Shown: positions 48,424 through 57,399 of the stretch, piece by piece
Layout of the letters: every line of letters begins with the position of its first letter
Position numbering within the stretch: position 1 is the first letter of the stretch
Source of the DNA: Cenarchaeum sp.
Lineage (GTDB): Archaea; Thermoproteota; Nitrososphaeria; Nitrososphaerales; Nitrosopumilaceae
Reading direction: 5' to 3'
DNA: 64,000 nucleotides
Assembly (NCBI GenBank): GCA_963692915.1
Contig: OY843584.1
Span: 1,248,001-1,312,000 of the forward strand
The notes under the pieces: generated by a model
The model's input: only the letters and a program-made list of their open reading frames with translations
The model's database searches: none
What the model was told of the DNA's origin: nothing
Position numbers and translations under genes: made by a program

Positions 48424-50156
48424 TCCTCGCCACCGCCGCGCGAGATGTCGCCGATCCCGTACTCGTCGACTACGGCATTGCGGCTCTTGTCAAGCGAGGC
48501 GATCTCGCCGGCCTCGCGGCGCTCGTCACCATTATAGACGGTCCGTATCGGCCACGGTATCCGTATGTCATATTTCTTGAACTCCTCGTGCATGAACACC
48601 CTCATGTCCGTCTTTGCCTTGAACTGTGAGCCATAGTCGCGCACATAGACCCACATGGCAAAGTCAAGGGATGAGTCGTTGAACTTTGTAAAGCGCACGA
48701 CGGGCTGGTCAATGCTGACGTGGAGGTCGCGATCGCAGCCGCAGCTCGGGCGGTTTACCAGGATGTATGGGCACTTTTTCTGCCTGATGAGGTGCCGCCC
48801 GCGCTCGTCGACGCACTCGACCATTGCGCGCCGGCCCACCTTTACCAGGATCGCCGAGACCTGGCGGGGGTCGTTGAGGTACGACACGCCAACCTCGACG
48901 GTCGCCGGAACGAGCATCGTTTCGCGCGAATAGTTGACTAGCTGCGAGCTGACTAGCTGCCTAGTGGGCACTATGGCGATCGACTCATAGAGCGCATGGC
49001 GCACGTACGTCACGCGCGGCGTGATGCGGTGTATGTAGCCCTCATAGCCGCTCTCGAGCTTTACCCTGTCGCCCTCGACCATTATGCGATCCTTGCGGAT
49101 AAACATGTACGCAAACCAGTTCTGCATCGTCTCCTGCAGCGCAAGGCCAACGCCCACGGCCATGCCGCCTGTCGCAGTCGCCAGAACCCAGAGGTCGACG
49201 CCCCACCAGCTCACAAGGCCAAGTGAGACGCCACCAATTAGCGCAACTCGCAAGAGGCGTGTTGCAGACCTTGGGACGTCCTTGCGTTTTTTTCTTGCGT
49301 GACCCGGCGGCCGCGCGCCGGCGAGAATCGGCACGTATCCCGTGTTGCGCCTTTCTTCTCGCCACGTGTCTATCGCATAAACCTCCTCGTCACGCCGGCC
49401 AAGGCGCAGGCGCTTGCCAGACTCGTTGGTTCCGTCAAGGCACGATGACAGGTATGCGCTGTACTTGGTGCGCTCCATTGCGCGCCATTTCGCAAACGCG
49501 TCATCTACTAGTGACTCGTGGCTTCCGACCTCGGTGCCCTTTTCTGTCCTGTATGACTCGAGGCGTGCCCTGCCGGCATCAGTCTTCATGAGCTCGTCGA
49601 ACTCGGATTCGTCCATGCCCTCAGGCGCATGCTTTGGCGGAACCCACCTAAAGAGCGAATGGAACGCGTCGGCATCATCGTCGGGAAACCCGCGCATGTC
49701 ACGCCATTGCACATAGTCGATCTCTTCCTCAGATGCCTTTTGGCGCTGCATGATAACGATCGGAATTAGCGTGGCTATCGTGTACCCTATGACGAATATG
49801 TTTATCGTGTTGAGCATCTTTGCAAACGTCTCGCGCGGTGAGGACTCATCGGCCTGCGCGTCACCAAAAAGCGCAAATGACTGCGAGTACGCGTTGACCG
49901 AGGAGACTAGCGCGATGGCAAATATCGGCAGGACCGCGACTCGCACAAAGCGCGCAAGGTGCGGTCGGACGTACGTGAAACGGCGCGAGCGCGTCCACGA
50001 CGACAGGCTGCGATACGCCATGCCTATGGCGACTAGACCCACGACGAGGGCGACGAGGGCCGCCTGGAGCGACGGCGAGGCCGAGACAAGCTGCGTGACT
50101 GACTCGATCTGGCCGGCCTGCGCGACGACTGCGTCGATTATCTCGTGCTCGGTCAT
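48420..50156 (-). CDS. Small-conductance mechanosensitive channel (MscS family)
   Basis: GLALQETMQNW, GDRV, EVGVSY, F.DSSLDF, IRIPWP. Confidence 0.9.
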   Translation of the reverse strand: MTEHEIIDAVVAQAGQIESVTQLVSASPSLQAALVALVVGLVAIGMAYRSLSSWTRSRRFTYVRPHLARFVRVAVLPIFAIALVSSVNAYSQSFALFGDAQADESSPRETFAKMLNTINIFVIGYTIATLIPIVIMQRQKASEEEIDYVQWRDMRGFPDDDADAFHSLFRWVPPKHAPEGMDESEFDELMKTDAGRARLESYRTEKGTEVGSHESLVDDAFAKWRAMERTKYSAYLSSCLDGTNESGKRLRLGRRDEEVYAIDTWREERRNTGYVPILAGARPPGHARKKRKDVPRSATRLLRVALIGGVSLGLVSWWGVDLWVLATATGGMAVGVGLALQETMQNWFAYMFIRKDRIMVEGDRVKLESGYEGYIHRITPRVTYVRHALYESIAIVPTRQLVSSQLVNYSRETMLVPATVEVGVSYLNDPRQVSAILVKVGRRAMVECVDERGRHLIRQKKCPYILVNRPSCGCDRDLHVSIDQPVVRFTKFNDSSLDFAMWVYVRDYGSQFKAKTDMRVFMHEEFKKYDIRIPWPIRTVYNGDERREAGEIASLDKSRNAVVDEYGIGDISRGGGEE

Positions 50157-50275
50157 GCGTGCGCGCGGGCGTGCCATGTCGGTATAAGGTTTTTTGCGGC
50201 CTCGCGCCGGATCCCGCGCCCATGCGTGCGCAGAGCCCAACATTTAACACGCCCACCCCGCAAACGCCTGTCCAC

Positions 50276-51613
50276 ATGTCAGTGCAGGAGTGGGAGTGGG
50301 GGACGAGCCCGAGGCTGGCCTCGTACACGCTGGCCAACGTGAGGAAACTCGATCAGGCACGCGCCCTCGGCGAGGACCGCCTCGCCGAGATGGACGTCGT
50401 CGCGCACGTCCTGCCCTTCAAGGCCAACAACTATGTCGTTGACAATCTGATCGACTGGTCACGCGCCGAGTCTGACCCAATGTTCGTCCTCACGTTTCCG
50501 CAGCGCGGAATGCTCAGTGAGGCCAACTATGCCGAGATGGCCGCAGCACTTGAGACCGGCGACAAGAAGCACATAGACGAGACGGCCAACACGATAAGAC
50601 TTCGCCTAAACCCGCACCCCGCCGGCCAGATGGAGCTCAACGTGCCGCACCTGGCAGACGGAACCGCGCTCCACGGCATGCAGCACAAGTACCGCGAGAC
50701 GTGCCTCTTTTTCCCGAGCCAGAGCCAGACGTGCCACGCATACTGTAGCTTTTGCTTTAGATGGCCTCAGTTTGTCGGCATGGAAGGCCTAAAGTTTGCG
50801 ATGCACGAGTCCGAGCAGCTCGTGCAATATTTGCGCGAGCATCCCGAGATAACTGACGTCCTGTTCACAGGCGGTGACCCCATGATAATGCGCGCCGGCG
50901 TGTTTGCGACATATGTCAACGCGCTCCTCGAGGCAAAAATCCCGACACTAAATACCATACGAATCGGCACAAAGGCGCTCTCGTACTGGCCGTACAAGTT
51001 TCTCACTGACGAGGACGCCGGAGACATGCTCGAGCTCTTTGGCAGCATAACGAGGGCCGGAATCCACCTCTCCATAATGGCCCACTTTAACCACCTTGTG
51101 GAGATGCGCACGCGCGCGGCGACTGAGGCGATCGCGCGCATACGCGCAACTGGCGCGCAGATAAGGACACAGTCACCGCTCCTCGCGCACATTAACGATG
51201 ACGGCGACATGTGGGCGAAAATGTGGACAGAGCAGGTTCGTCGCGGATGCATTCCATACTATATGTTCGTCGTGCGCGACACGGGCGCGCAGCACTACTT
51301 TGGCGTGCCCCTCGTGCGCGCGCACGAGATATTCACGCGCGCATACACGCAGGTCAGCGGCCTCGCGAGAACCGTGAGGGGTCCGAGCATGTCAGCTACG
51401 CCGGGCAAGGTCACAGTCGACGGGACAGTCGAGGTGGGTGGCCGGCGCGCCATCGCGCTGCGCTTTTTGCAGGCGCGCGATCCCTCGTGGGCAGGCAGGC
51501 CGTTCTATGCCGAGTACGACGCCGGCGCGGCCTGGCTTGATGACCTAAAGCCCCTAGACGGCGGCGAGTTCTTTTTCGAGGCTCGCCTGAAAGAGATGCG
51601 CGCGGCCCGCTAG
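50276..51613 (+). CDS. KamA-family radical SAM aminomutase
   Basis: HKYRET, CHAYCSFCFR (CxxxCxxC), LFTGGDP, IRIGTK, HFNH, PYYMF, PGKV. Confidence 0.9.
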   Translation: MSVQEWEWGTSPRLASYTLANVRKLDQARALGEDRLAEMDVVAHVLPFKANNYVVDNLIDWSRAESDPMFVLTFPQRGMLSEANYAEMAAALETGDKKHIDETANTIRLRLNPHPAGQMELNVPHLADGTALHGMQHKYRETCLFFPSQSQTCHAYCSFCFRWPQFVGMEGLKFAMHESEQLVQYLREHPEITDVLFTGGDPMIMRAGVFATYVNALLEAKIPTLNTIRIGTKALSYWPYKFLTDEDAGDMLELFGSITRAGIHLSIMAHFNHLVEMRTRAATEAIARIRATGAQIRTQSPLLAHINDDGDMWAKMWTEQVRRGCIPYYMFVVRDTGAQHYFGVPLVRAHEIFTRAYTQVSGLARTVRGPSMSATPGKVTVDGTVEVGGRRAIALRFLQARDPSWAGRPFYAEYDAGAAWLDDLKPLDGGEFFFEARLKEMRAAR

Positions 51614-51689
51614 TCAGCACCATTTGCCAATATGGGCAAAACTAGCTTACCAATGCGCCGTATATGCGCCACGCAGCAGCACGTGCGCC

Positions 51690-53135
51690 ATGGATGCAGC
51701 AGGAGTGATGAAGCGCCTAGGTGATGACGATATCGCGTTTATCGACTTTTGGTTTGTCGACATCATGGGCGAGCTCCACCGCATGGGAATGCCAAGCTAT
51801 GGCGTCTCTGAGGACGACTTTGAGAATGGCCTAGAAAAGCTCGACGCGAGCTCCATAGTGGGATTCGCCTCGGTCAACAAGTCAGACATGGTCATGAAGC
51901 CTGACCCCACGAGCTATTGCGTGCTCCCGCCGGACTATGACAACGGCAAGCGGCGCAACGCGAGGATGTTCTGTGACATCTATGAGGGAAGCACGGATGC
52001 GACGTCGCGCTTTAATCGCGACTCGCGCGGAATAGTGCAAAAGGCCGAGGGCGAGCTCGAAAAATATGGCGTCACGCACGCAATGTTCGGGCCGGAGATC
52101 GAGTTCTTCATCTTTGATGCGATAAACGTCTACCCCTCGCCGTATGCGGCAACGCACTCGTACGGCGGATCCGGATACTCGATCGAGTCAAAAGAGTCGC
52201 CGTGGGCAAAGGGAAACGTGAGCACTGCAATAGACCTGCGCGAGGGATACTATCCGTCGCAGCCAAAGGACACGATGGACAGCCTGCGAAAGGACATCTG
52301 CGATGACCTCCACAACTATTTTGGCGTGATGATCGAGGCCGAGCACCACGAGGTCGCCACGTCAGGCCAGAGCGAGATAAACCTGCGCTATGGCAGCATG
52401 GTCGAGATGGCAGACGCCGTAGTCACCGCAAAGAACGTCATAAAGGTAAAGGCAAAGCGCGCAGGCAAGGTCGCCACGTTCATGTCAAAGCCGATATTTG
52501 GCGACAACGCCTCGGCAATGCATACGCACCAGAGCATCTGGAACGGTGGCTCGAACCTCATGTTTGATTCCAACGACCCGATCGCGCAGCTCTCGCAGGT
52601 GGGAAGATACTATATCGGCGGCCTTCTCGACCACGCGCCGGCCCTCTGCGCGATAACAAACCCAACTACAAACTCGTACAAGCGCCTAGTGCCAAACTTT
52701 GAGGCGCCAGTCAACATATGCTGGGGCGTAGGCAACCGCTCGGCGGCCATACGCGTGCCAATGTACCTGCGCAACCAGGAGAAGAGCAAGAGGATAGAGT
52801 ACCGCGTGCCAGACCCGACTGCCAATGTCTACCTCCTAGAGGCAGCCCTCGTCCTCGCCGGCCTTGACGGCATACGCCGCAAGCTCGACCCCGGCGATCC
52901 CATATACGACAATGTCTACAAGATGAGCGCGCAGAAAAAGCGCGAGCACCGCATAGGCTCGCTGCCGACGACGCTCCGGGGCACGCTTGATGCGCTGGGC
53001 TCGGATCGCGAATTTTTGGAGCGCGTCTTTACTGCGGACTTTTTGGACGCGTACATTGCGCTAAAGTATGAAGAGTATGCGGCGTTTGCGCAGACCCCCA
53101 CGACCTGGGAGGTCTCAATGTACGCCGATGCGTGA
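51690..53135 (+). CDS. glnA: Glutamine synthetase type I
   Basis: DASSI.GF, GPEIEFF, HHEVA..GQ.EI, TFMSKP, NSYKRLVP, NRSAAIRVP, IEYRVPD. Confidence 0.96.
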   Translation: MDAAGVMKRLGDDDIAFIDFWFVDIMGELHRMGMPSYGVSEDDFENGLEKLDASSIVGFASVNKSDMVMKPDPTSYCVLPPDYDNGKRRNARMFCDIYEGSTDATSRFNRDSRGIVQKAEGELEKYGVTHAMFGPEIEFFIFDAINVYPSPYAATHSYGGSGYSIESKESPWAKGNVSTAIDLREGYYPSQPKDTMDSLRKDICDDLHNYFGVMIEAEHHEVATSGQSEINLRYGSMVEMADAVVTAKNVIKVKAKRAGKVATFMSKPIFGDNASAMHTHQSIWNGGSNLMFDSNDPIAQLSQVGRYYIGGLLDHAPALCAITNPTTNSYKRLVPNFEAPVNICWGVGNRSAAIRVPMYLRNQEKSKRIEYRVPDPTANVYLLEAALVLAGLDGIRRKLDPGDPIYDNVYKMSAQKKREHRIGSLPTTLRGTLDALGSDREFLERVFTADFLDAYIALKYEEYAAFAQTPTTWEVSMYADA

Positions 53136-53984
53136 CTATTGCCCGTGCGCGTCCATGCACGCGACCATGCCGCCGAGGCGCAGGATCGCCTCGTCAGCCT
53201 CCCTGACTGTCTCCCAGAGGAGACTGGCATCAAACGTGTACTTTTTCTTGTTTTCGTGAAACGTGTGGCCCGAGACGACGGTGCCCGAGTCATCGACTGC
53301 AAGGCGGACGTGCGCGACTCGGTTTCGGGCCTCGGCTACTGACTGGATTAGCCCCAAGAGCTCGCCATCAATGCAGCCGTCGACTGTCATGACCAGCTTT
53401 AGAAACGCCCACTTTTGCGACATCGAGAGCGACTGGTTATAGAGTGCCTCATAGCACGCCTCAAGCGTCTCGCCGCCCGGCGCGGGCCGGCCCATCGAGA
53501 GGCGCCTGATGATGCAGTCATCCATGGCGCCCTCTAGGTCGAGTGCGCGCGATATGAGCAGGCCGCGAACAAAGCGCGGGTTGCGCCAGCGCGGCGTGTC
53601 AGCTGCCATCGCGGCGAGCGTGTCGGCCGGATCGTCGGATGCCGAGATGCTGACCGTCGAGTTTGCAAGTAGGCGCGAGCGCGCGACCGGATCGAATGAC
53701 TTGCCATAGCAGAGGACATCGAGTGGGTACTGTTTTGCGATCTTGCGTATTGCTGCCTCAAATGCGGGATCGCCGGCCATCTCTGATGAGGCCGCAAGAA
53801 TGTCTGCCCTGTCCGCGCCCATGCTCGCAACTAGGCCGTCGATCGTAGCGTACTCTAGTATCGCCGGCTCTAGGCCGCGCGAGGCTAGGCTGGCCGCAAT
53901 CCTGTCGCGAAGGGCCGCGTCGTGCGAGGCGGCAAGCCACTTTAGCGTAATCGGCCTGCGTGTCTCGTCGGTCTCGCCGCCCAT
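53136..53984 (-). CDS. Degenerate receiver-like domain plus HEPN-like C-terminal domain
   Basis: N-terminal alpha/beta pattern lacking the phosphoacceptor Asp; RGLLISRALDLE...ARNRVAH. Confidence 0.6.
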   Translation of the reverse strand: MGGETDETRRPITLKWLAASHDAALRDRIAASLASRGLEPAILEYATIDGLVASMGADRADILAASSEMAGDPAFEAAIRKIAKQYPLDVLCYGKSFDPVARSRLLANSTVSISASDDPADTLAAMAADTPRWRNPRFVRGLLISRALDLEGAMDDCIIRRLSMGRPAPGGETLEACYEALYNQSLSMSQKWAFLKLVMTVDGCIDGELLGLIQSVAEARNRVAHVRLAVDDSGTVVSGHTFHENKKKYTFDASLLWETVREADEAILRLGGMVACMDAHGQ

Positions 53985-54081
53985 GGGAGAGTGCGCGCGT
54001 CGTGCGTAATTAAAGCGTGCGCACGCGCACAGCCATCGGGACACTCGTGTGGGGGCGGATCCTTGGCATTGGGCACTGGTC

Positions 54082-54318
54082 TCACTGGGGCTTCTTGACA
54101 ACCCTGACTGTAAAGCGCCTGTCCAGATATGACAGCAGAGGAGCAAGAAGGAGAAGGGCAAAGGCAATGTACAAACCCCGATCATCCTGTGACAAAAAGT
54201 TCCACACCGTGGTCGCCTCTGCGGAAAAGGGCGAGGGGACATCCACAAATGCCATAATAAGCAAAACGCCGAGTATAGCACAGACTGACGCGGACAGTGA
54301 AAGGTTTGATATGCTCAA
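54082..54318 (-). CDS. Small two-TM membrane protein
   Basis: TM-loop(ATTVWNFL)-TM; resembles the two neighbouring genes. Confidence 0.6.
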   Translation of the reverse strand: MSISNLSLSASVCAILGVLLIMAFVDVPSPFSAEATTVWNFLSQDDRGLYIAFALLLLAPLLSYLDRRFTVRVVKKPQ

Positions 54319-54332
54319 TTTGCTACTTCAGC

Positions 54333-54896
54333 TCATCGGACGTTCAATGCGTTCTTGACGCCTCCCCATATACCACCAAGACGTGTCCGCGTGGATGGAT
54401 CGGGAGCGCGTTTCGTGGCAGGATCCTCAGATGGCCCGTTCAAGAATGTCTCTAGTTCGTCTAATTTTTCCAGTATAGTCCGGAGAGGCTGCGTGACGCA
54501 GTATATGCCAAGCGCAAGGATGCCAATGCACAACCACATTATGCCCAATTTTAGCCCCGCATGGTTATTTGTCAAGCTGTCCCACAATGTAGGCGCTCCT
54601 GCGAACAGTGGCGCAAAGACATCACTAGAGCCAATTGCCATCAGCATAATACCTGGAAGTATCCCCAGTGCGCATATGAGCTGGACAGGCGTGATCCATG
54701 GAGAGCTCTGGCTCCCAGACGGCCTCAAGGGGCACCACCGGCGAGTCTCACTGGTGGGCGCAGTTTCTGATAACCCCTGTCCCCTATATCCGACCCAACA
54801 GTCCGCATATTCATACTCGCCCCATAGTGTGCCGTATATTAATTTGTGCCGTGCAAAACGTGGTTTATGGTCTCGAAGCGACTGTAATGTGCCCAT
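54333..54896 (-). CDS. Two-TM membrane protein
   Basis: TM-loop(APTLWDSL)-TM; start uncertain. Confidence 0.55.
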   Translation of the reverse strand: MGTLQSLRDHKPRFARHKLIYGTLWGEYEYADCWVGYRGQGLSETAPTSETRRWCPLRPSGSQSSPWITPVQLICALGILPGIMLMAIGSSDVFAPLFAGAPTLWDSLTNNHAGLKLGIMWLCIGILALGIYCVTQPLRTILEKLDELETFLNGPSEDPATKRAPDPSTRTRLGGIWGGVKNALNVR

Positions 54897-54914
54897 GTCT
54901 CAGTTTTGCAACAG

Positions 54915-55060
54915 TTAGGGGTTGGGAGGGGTCATCAACTTGCGAGGACTAGGATTGCGCAAGAACGCGCCGCTGAGCTCGTCACGCGTGCTCACGATAT
55001 AGTCGCGGTCTACTGACTGGTGTGTTGTGTAGGCCATGGCCATGACGGCCTCCACGCGTG
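54915..55060 (-). pseudogene. C-terminal remnant of a paralog of 55651-56220
   Basis: Manual translation ...QSVDRDYIVSTRDELSGAFL... versus LSVDPDYIIGIYDEIKDTFL. Confidence 0.6.
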
Positions 55061-55654
55061 TCATGCCGGGTCAGTAAAGTGCGCGTGTTTGGCTGTCGGA
55101 GACAGGCGTCTCACAATATCCCGTGATTTCTTAAAATGATGCAGGATGAACTGTATGTCTTGCCTAGAGATCTCGCCTGTGGAAAACATGTAAATCGCAC
55201 GATCAACGGTTGCTAGTGGTGATGTTTTGTTAGAATCTTGCACGCGAAGGTTGATGATCGAGGCCCGTATGCCATGCATATTAGTCACTATGGCACTGGC
55301 ATTTTGGGGTGTGATGGTACGAGCTCCACTATCAAACTCTGCAAGTAATAGTGAGCAATGATGAGTAGCGAGATCCAGTAAGCGATCCAATGATTGCATC
55401 TCTGTGTTTCCATAAATGTCCCTAGCAACAATAGTCTGGACTATGTGATCTACGGCTTTTCCAATCTTGCTGTTCGTGTAATAGCCGAATATTGCAAGTG
55501 CGGCACCAAGCGGCCCAATCTGTAAGAAAAGGCCCCAGAACGACGTCGTATCAACATAAAGCAATGCAAGATCGCCAATAAAGGCAACCATAACAATGGC
55601 AAATGCCACTATGCTGCCAAAGATCAGCACGCTAGCAGGTATTGTGCTGGTCAT
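55061..55654 (-). CDS. Membrane protein, two N-terminal TMs plus helical domain
   Basis: ATGA overlap with upstream gene; loop DTTSFWGLF; AT-rich. Confidence 0.7.
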   Translation of the reverse strand: MTSTIPASVLIFGSIVAFAIVMVAFIGDLALLYVDTTSFWGLFLQIGPLGAALAIFGYYTNSKIGKAVDHIVQTIVARDIYGNTEMQSLDRLLDLATHHCSLLLAEFDSGARTITPQNASAIVTNMHGIRASIINLRVQDSNKTSPLATVDRAIYMFSTGEISRQDIQFILHHFKKSRDIVRRLSPTAKHAHFTDPA

Positions 55655-56220
55655 CTGCAGTTACCTCCACGGTAAGAGCTTGACATGGGAAGAAACGTGT
55701 CCTTTATCTCGTCGTATATGCCGATGATATAGTCTGGGTCGACTGACAGGTATCGCAATTCGGCCAATCGAAGAATCCAGGTGCGCCGGTCCTGGCCGCC
55801 GGTGGGCTTTGAGTAGCCCTCGTTGACTATATCGTTGAATCGCGACAGGGACGCGGCCATCTCGATCCAGTTCCCGTCATGGTTGGCGGCGAACCTGCGA
55901 AACTCGTCGATGCGCGGCCAATAGCTGTGATCGGGCGGAGGTGCGGCGAGTGCGTCGTCGATATAGTTAAGATCGCCGCACAGACCCAATGCGCACGGAC
56001 CCTCCTCAAAGAGTGAATACATGTACTCTAGTCCGGGATGGCCAAAGTGCCTCATCGCAAAGTACGCAAGGTGCTGCACCCTTTTGCTTGCCCTGAGGTC
56101 CGGCTCTACGACAGGCCTATTGCCGTCTATGATGCCCTCATCGCAGAGGAGCCTGACGAACGGGGCGAGATCCGGGCTATAGGCGACCTTTGGTCTTTGC
56201 GGCATCATGTCTGCGCCCAT
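55651..56220 (-). CDS. YwgA/Panacea (SocA-like) antitoxin-fold protein
   Basis: KRVQHLAYFA...YSLFEEGP...WIEMAASL resembles QKLxY..GP..WLELAA. Confidence 0.6.
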   Translation of the reverse strand: MGADMMPQRPKVAYSPDLAPFVRLLCDEGIIDGNRPVVEPDLRASKRVQHLAYFAMRHFGHPGLEYMYSLFEEGPCALGLCGDLNYIDDALAAPPPDHSYWPRIDEFRRFAANHDGNWIEMAASLSRFNDIVNEGYSKPTGGQDRRTWILRLAELRYLSVDPDYIIGIYDEIKDTFLPMSSSYRGGNCR

Positions 56221-56315
56221 GGGCGCATGCGAACGCGGTACGCCATATTACTGTTAACTGTGGTATGACTTTAAGCGTAGATTTGGCCGACTCGTGCCTA
56301 GATCGCCTGGCCAGG

Positions 56316-56323
56316 TTTAAATA
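56316..56323 (+). promoter_or_regulatory. TATA box of tfb
   Basis: TTTAAATA ending ~26 nt upstream of ATG 56349; preceded by palindrome CCTGGCCAGG. Confidence 0.6.
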
Positions 56324-56348
56324 CCACATACTTAAGAGGGTCGTCATT

Positions 56349-57344
56349 ATGGTTGCCCAAGGCATACGCGCCAAAGAATCCTGCCCACGTTGCGCAAAGG
56401 GCAAGCTCGTCACGGACAACGAGTCTGGCGAGCTCTTTTGCTCAAAGTGCGGCTATGTGATAACCGAAAAGATTGAGGAGTCCGGTCCGGAGTGGCGCTC
56501 GTTCACGCAGGATGACCACGGTGACAGGGCACGCGCCGGCGCGCCAACGTCACTCACGATGCACGACATGGGCCTTGCCACGATAATAAATCCCGTCAAC
56601 AAGGACGCATCAGGCCGTCCGCTTGCCGCATCGATGAAGTCCACGATCGAGCGCCTCCGCACATGGGACAGCCGTAGCCAGGTTCACGAGCCAGTCGACC
56701 GCAACTTTAGGCAGGCATTCTCGGAGCTCAACCGCCTAAAGGACAAGCTCGCGATATCAGATGCCGTGATCGAAAAGGCAGCATACATTTACAGGAAAGC
56801 ACTGGAGAAGGGACTCGTTCGCGGCAGGTCAATATCCGCACTCATGGCATCTGCGCTGTATGCGGCATGCCGCGACACGGCGACGCCGCGAAACCTAAAG
56901 GATGTGGAACACGCGGCGAACATAAAGCGAAAGGACATTGCGCGCTGCTACCGCCTCCTCGTAAAGGAGCTCGACCTAAAGATGCCCGTGACTGACTCTG
57001 TCCAGTGCGTCTCGCGCATCGCAAGCAAGATCGGCATTGCCGAAAAGACAAAGCGCCACGCGACTAATGTCCTAAAGCAGGCAAAAAAGAACGAGGTCTC
57101 CGCCGGCAAGGATCCGATGGGCCTGGCAGCGGCCGCACTGTACCTTGCGTGCGTAAAGAACAACGAGGACAAGACGCAGCGCGACATTGCCGAGGCGGCA
57201 AACGTGACAGAGGTGACGATACGCAACCGCTACAAGGGCCTAAAGCAGTCGATCGACGAGGCCGAGGGCGTCTCTGGGGACACTGACGCAAAGAAATCCA
57301 CGCCGGCCAAGGCAAAAAAGGACGACAAAGGCAACGACAAGTGA
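56349..57344 (+). CDS. tfb: Transcription initiation factor IIB
   Basis: CPRC...CSKCG zinc ribbon, GPEWRSF, HDMGL.T, GRS, GKDP, VTEVTIRNRY. Confidence 0.97.
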   Translation: MVAQGIRAKESCPRCAKGKLVTDNESGELFCSKCGYVITEKIEESGPEWRSFTQDDHGDRARAGAPTSLTMHDMGLATIINPVNKDASGRPLAASMKSTIERLRTWDSRSQVHEPVDRNFRQAFSELNRLKDKLAISDAVIEKAAYIYRKALEKGLVRGRSISALMASALYAACRDTATPRNLKDVEHAANIKRKDIARCYRLLVKELDLKMPVTDSVQCVSRIASKIGIAEKTKRHATNVLKQAKKNEVSAGKDPMGLAAAALYLACVKNNEDKTQRDIAEAANVTEVTIRNRYKGLKQSIDEAEGVSGDTDAKKSTPAKAKKDDKGNDK

Positions 57345-57399
57345 GGCGTGCCGGCGCATTTTTGGCGTACACGATTTCTGCAATTCTGTGTCTCTATAT

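Noticed and set aside
27984-51136. HIP1-like GCGATCGC enrichment
   Set aside because: Only a few copies noticed, about what GC content alone predicts
51622-51641. TTTGCC-N6-GGCAAA palindrome before glnA as an operator shared with amt
   Set aside because: Half-sites and spacing differ from the amt spacer motif; too weak to claim a common site
56190-56348. N-terminal extensions in the ORF track for tfb (similarly the phoU-like gene, thiL, glnA, dnaJ and the KamA gene)
   Set aside because: Extensions span promoters or neighbouring genes and lack family motifs; downstream starts fit better
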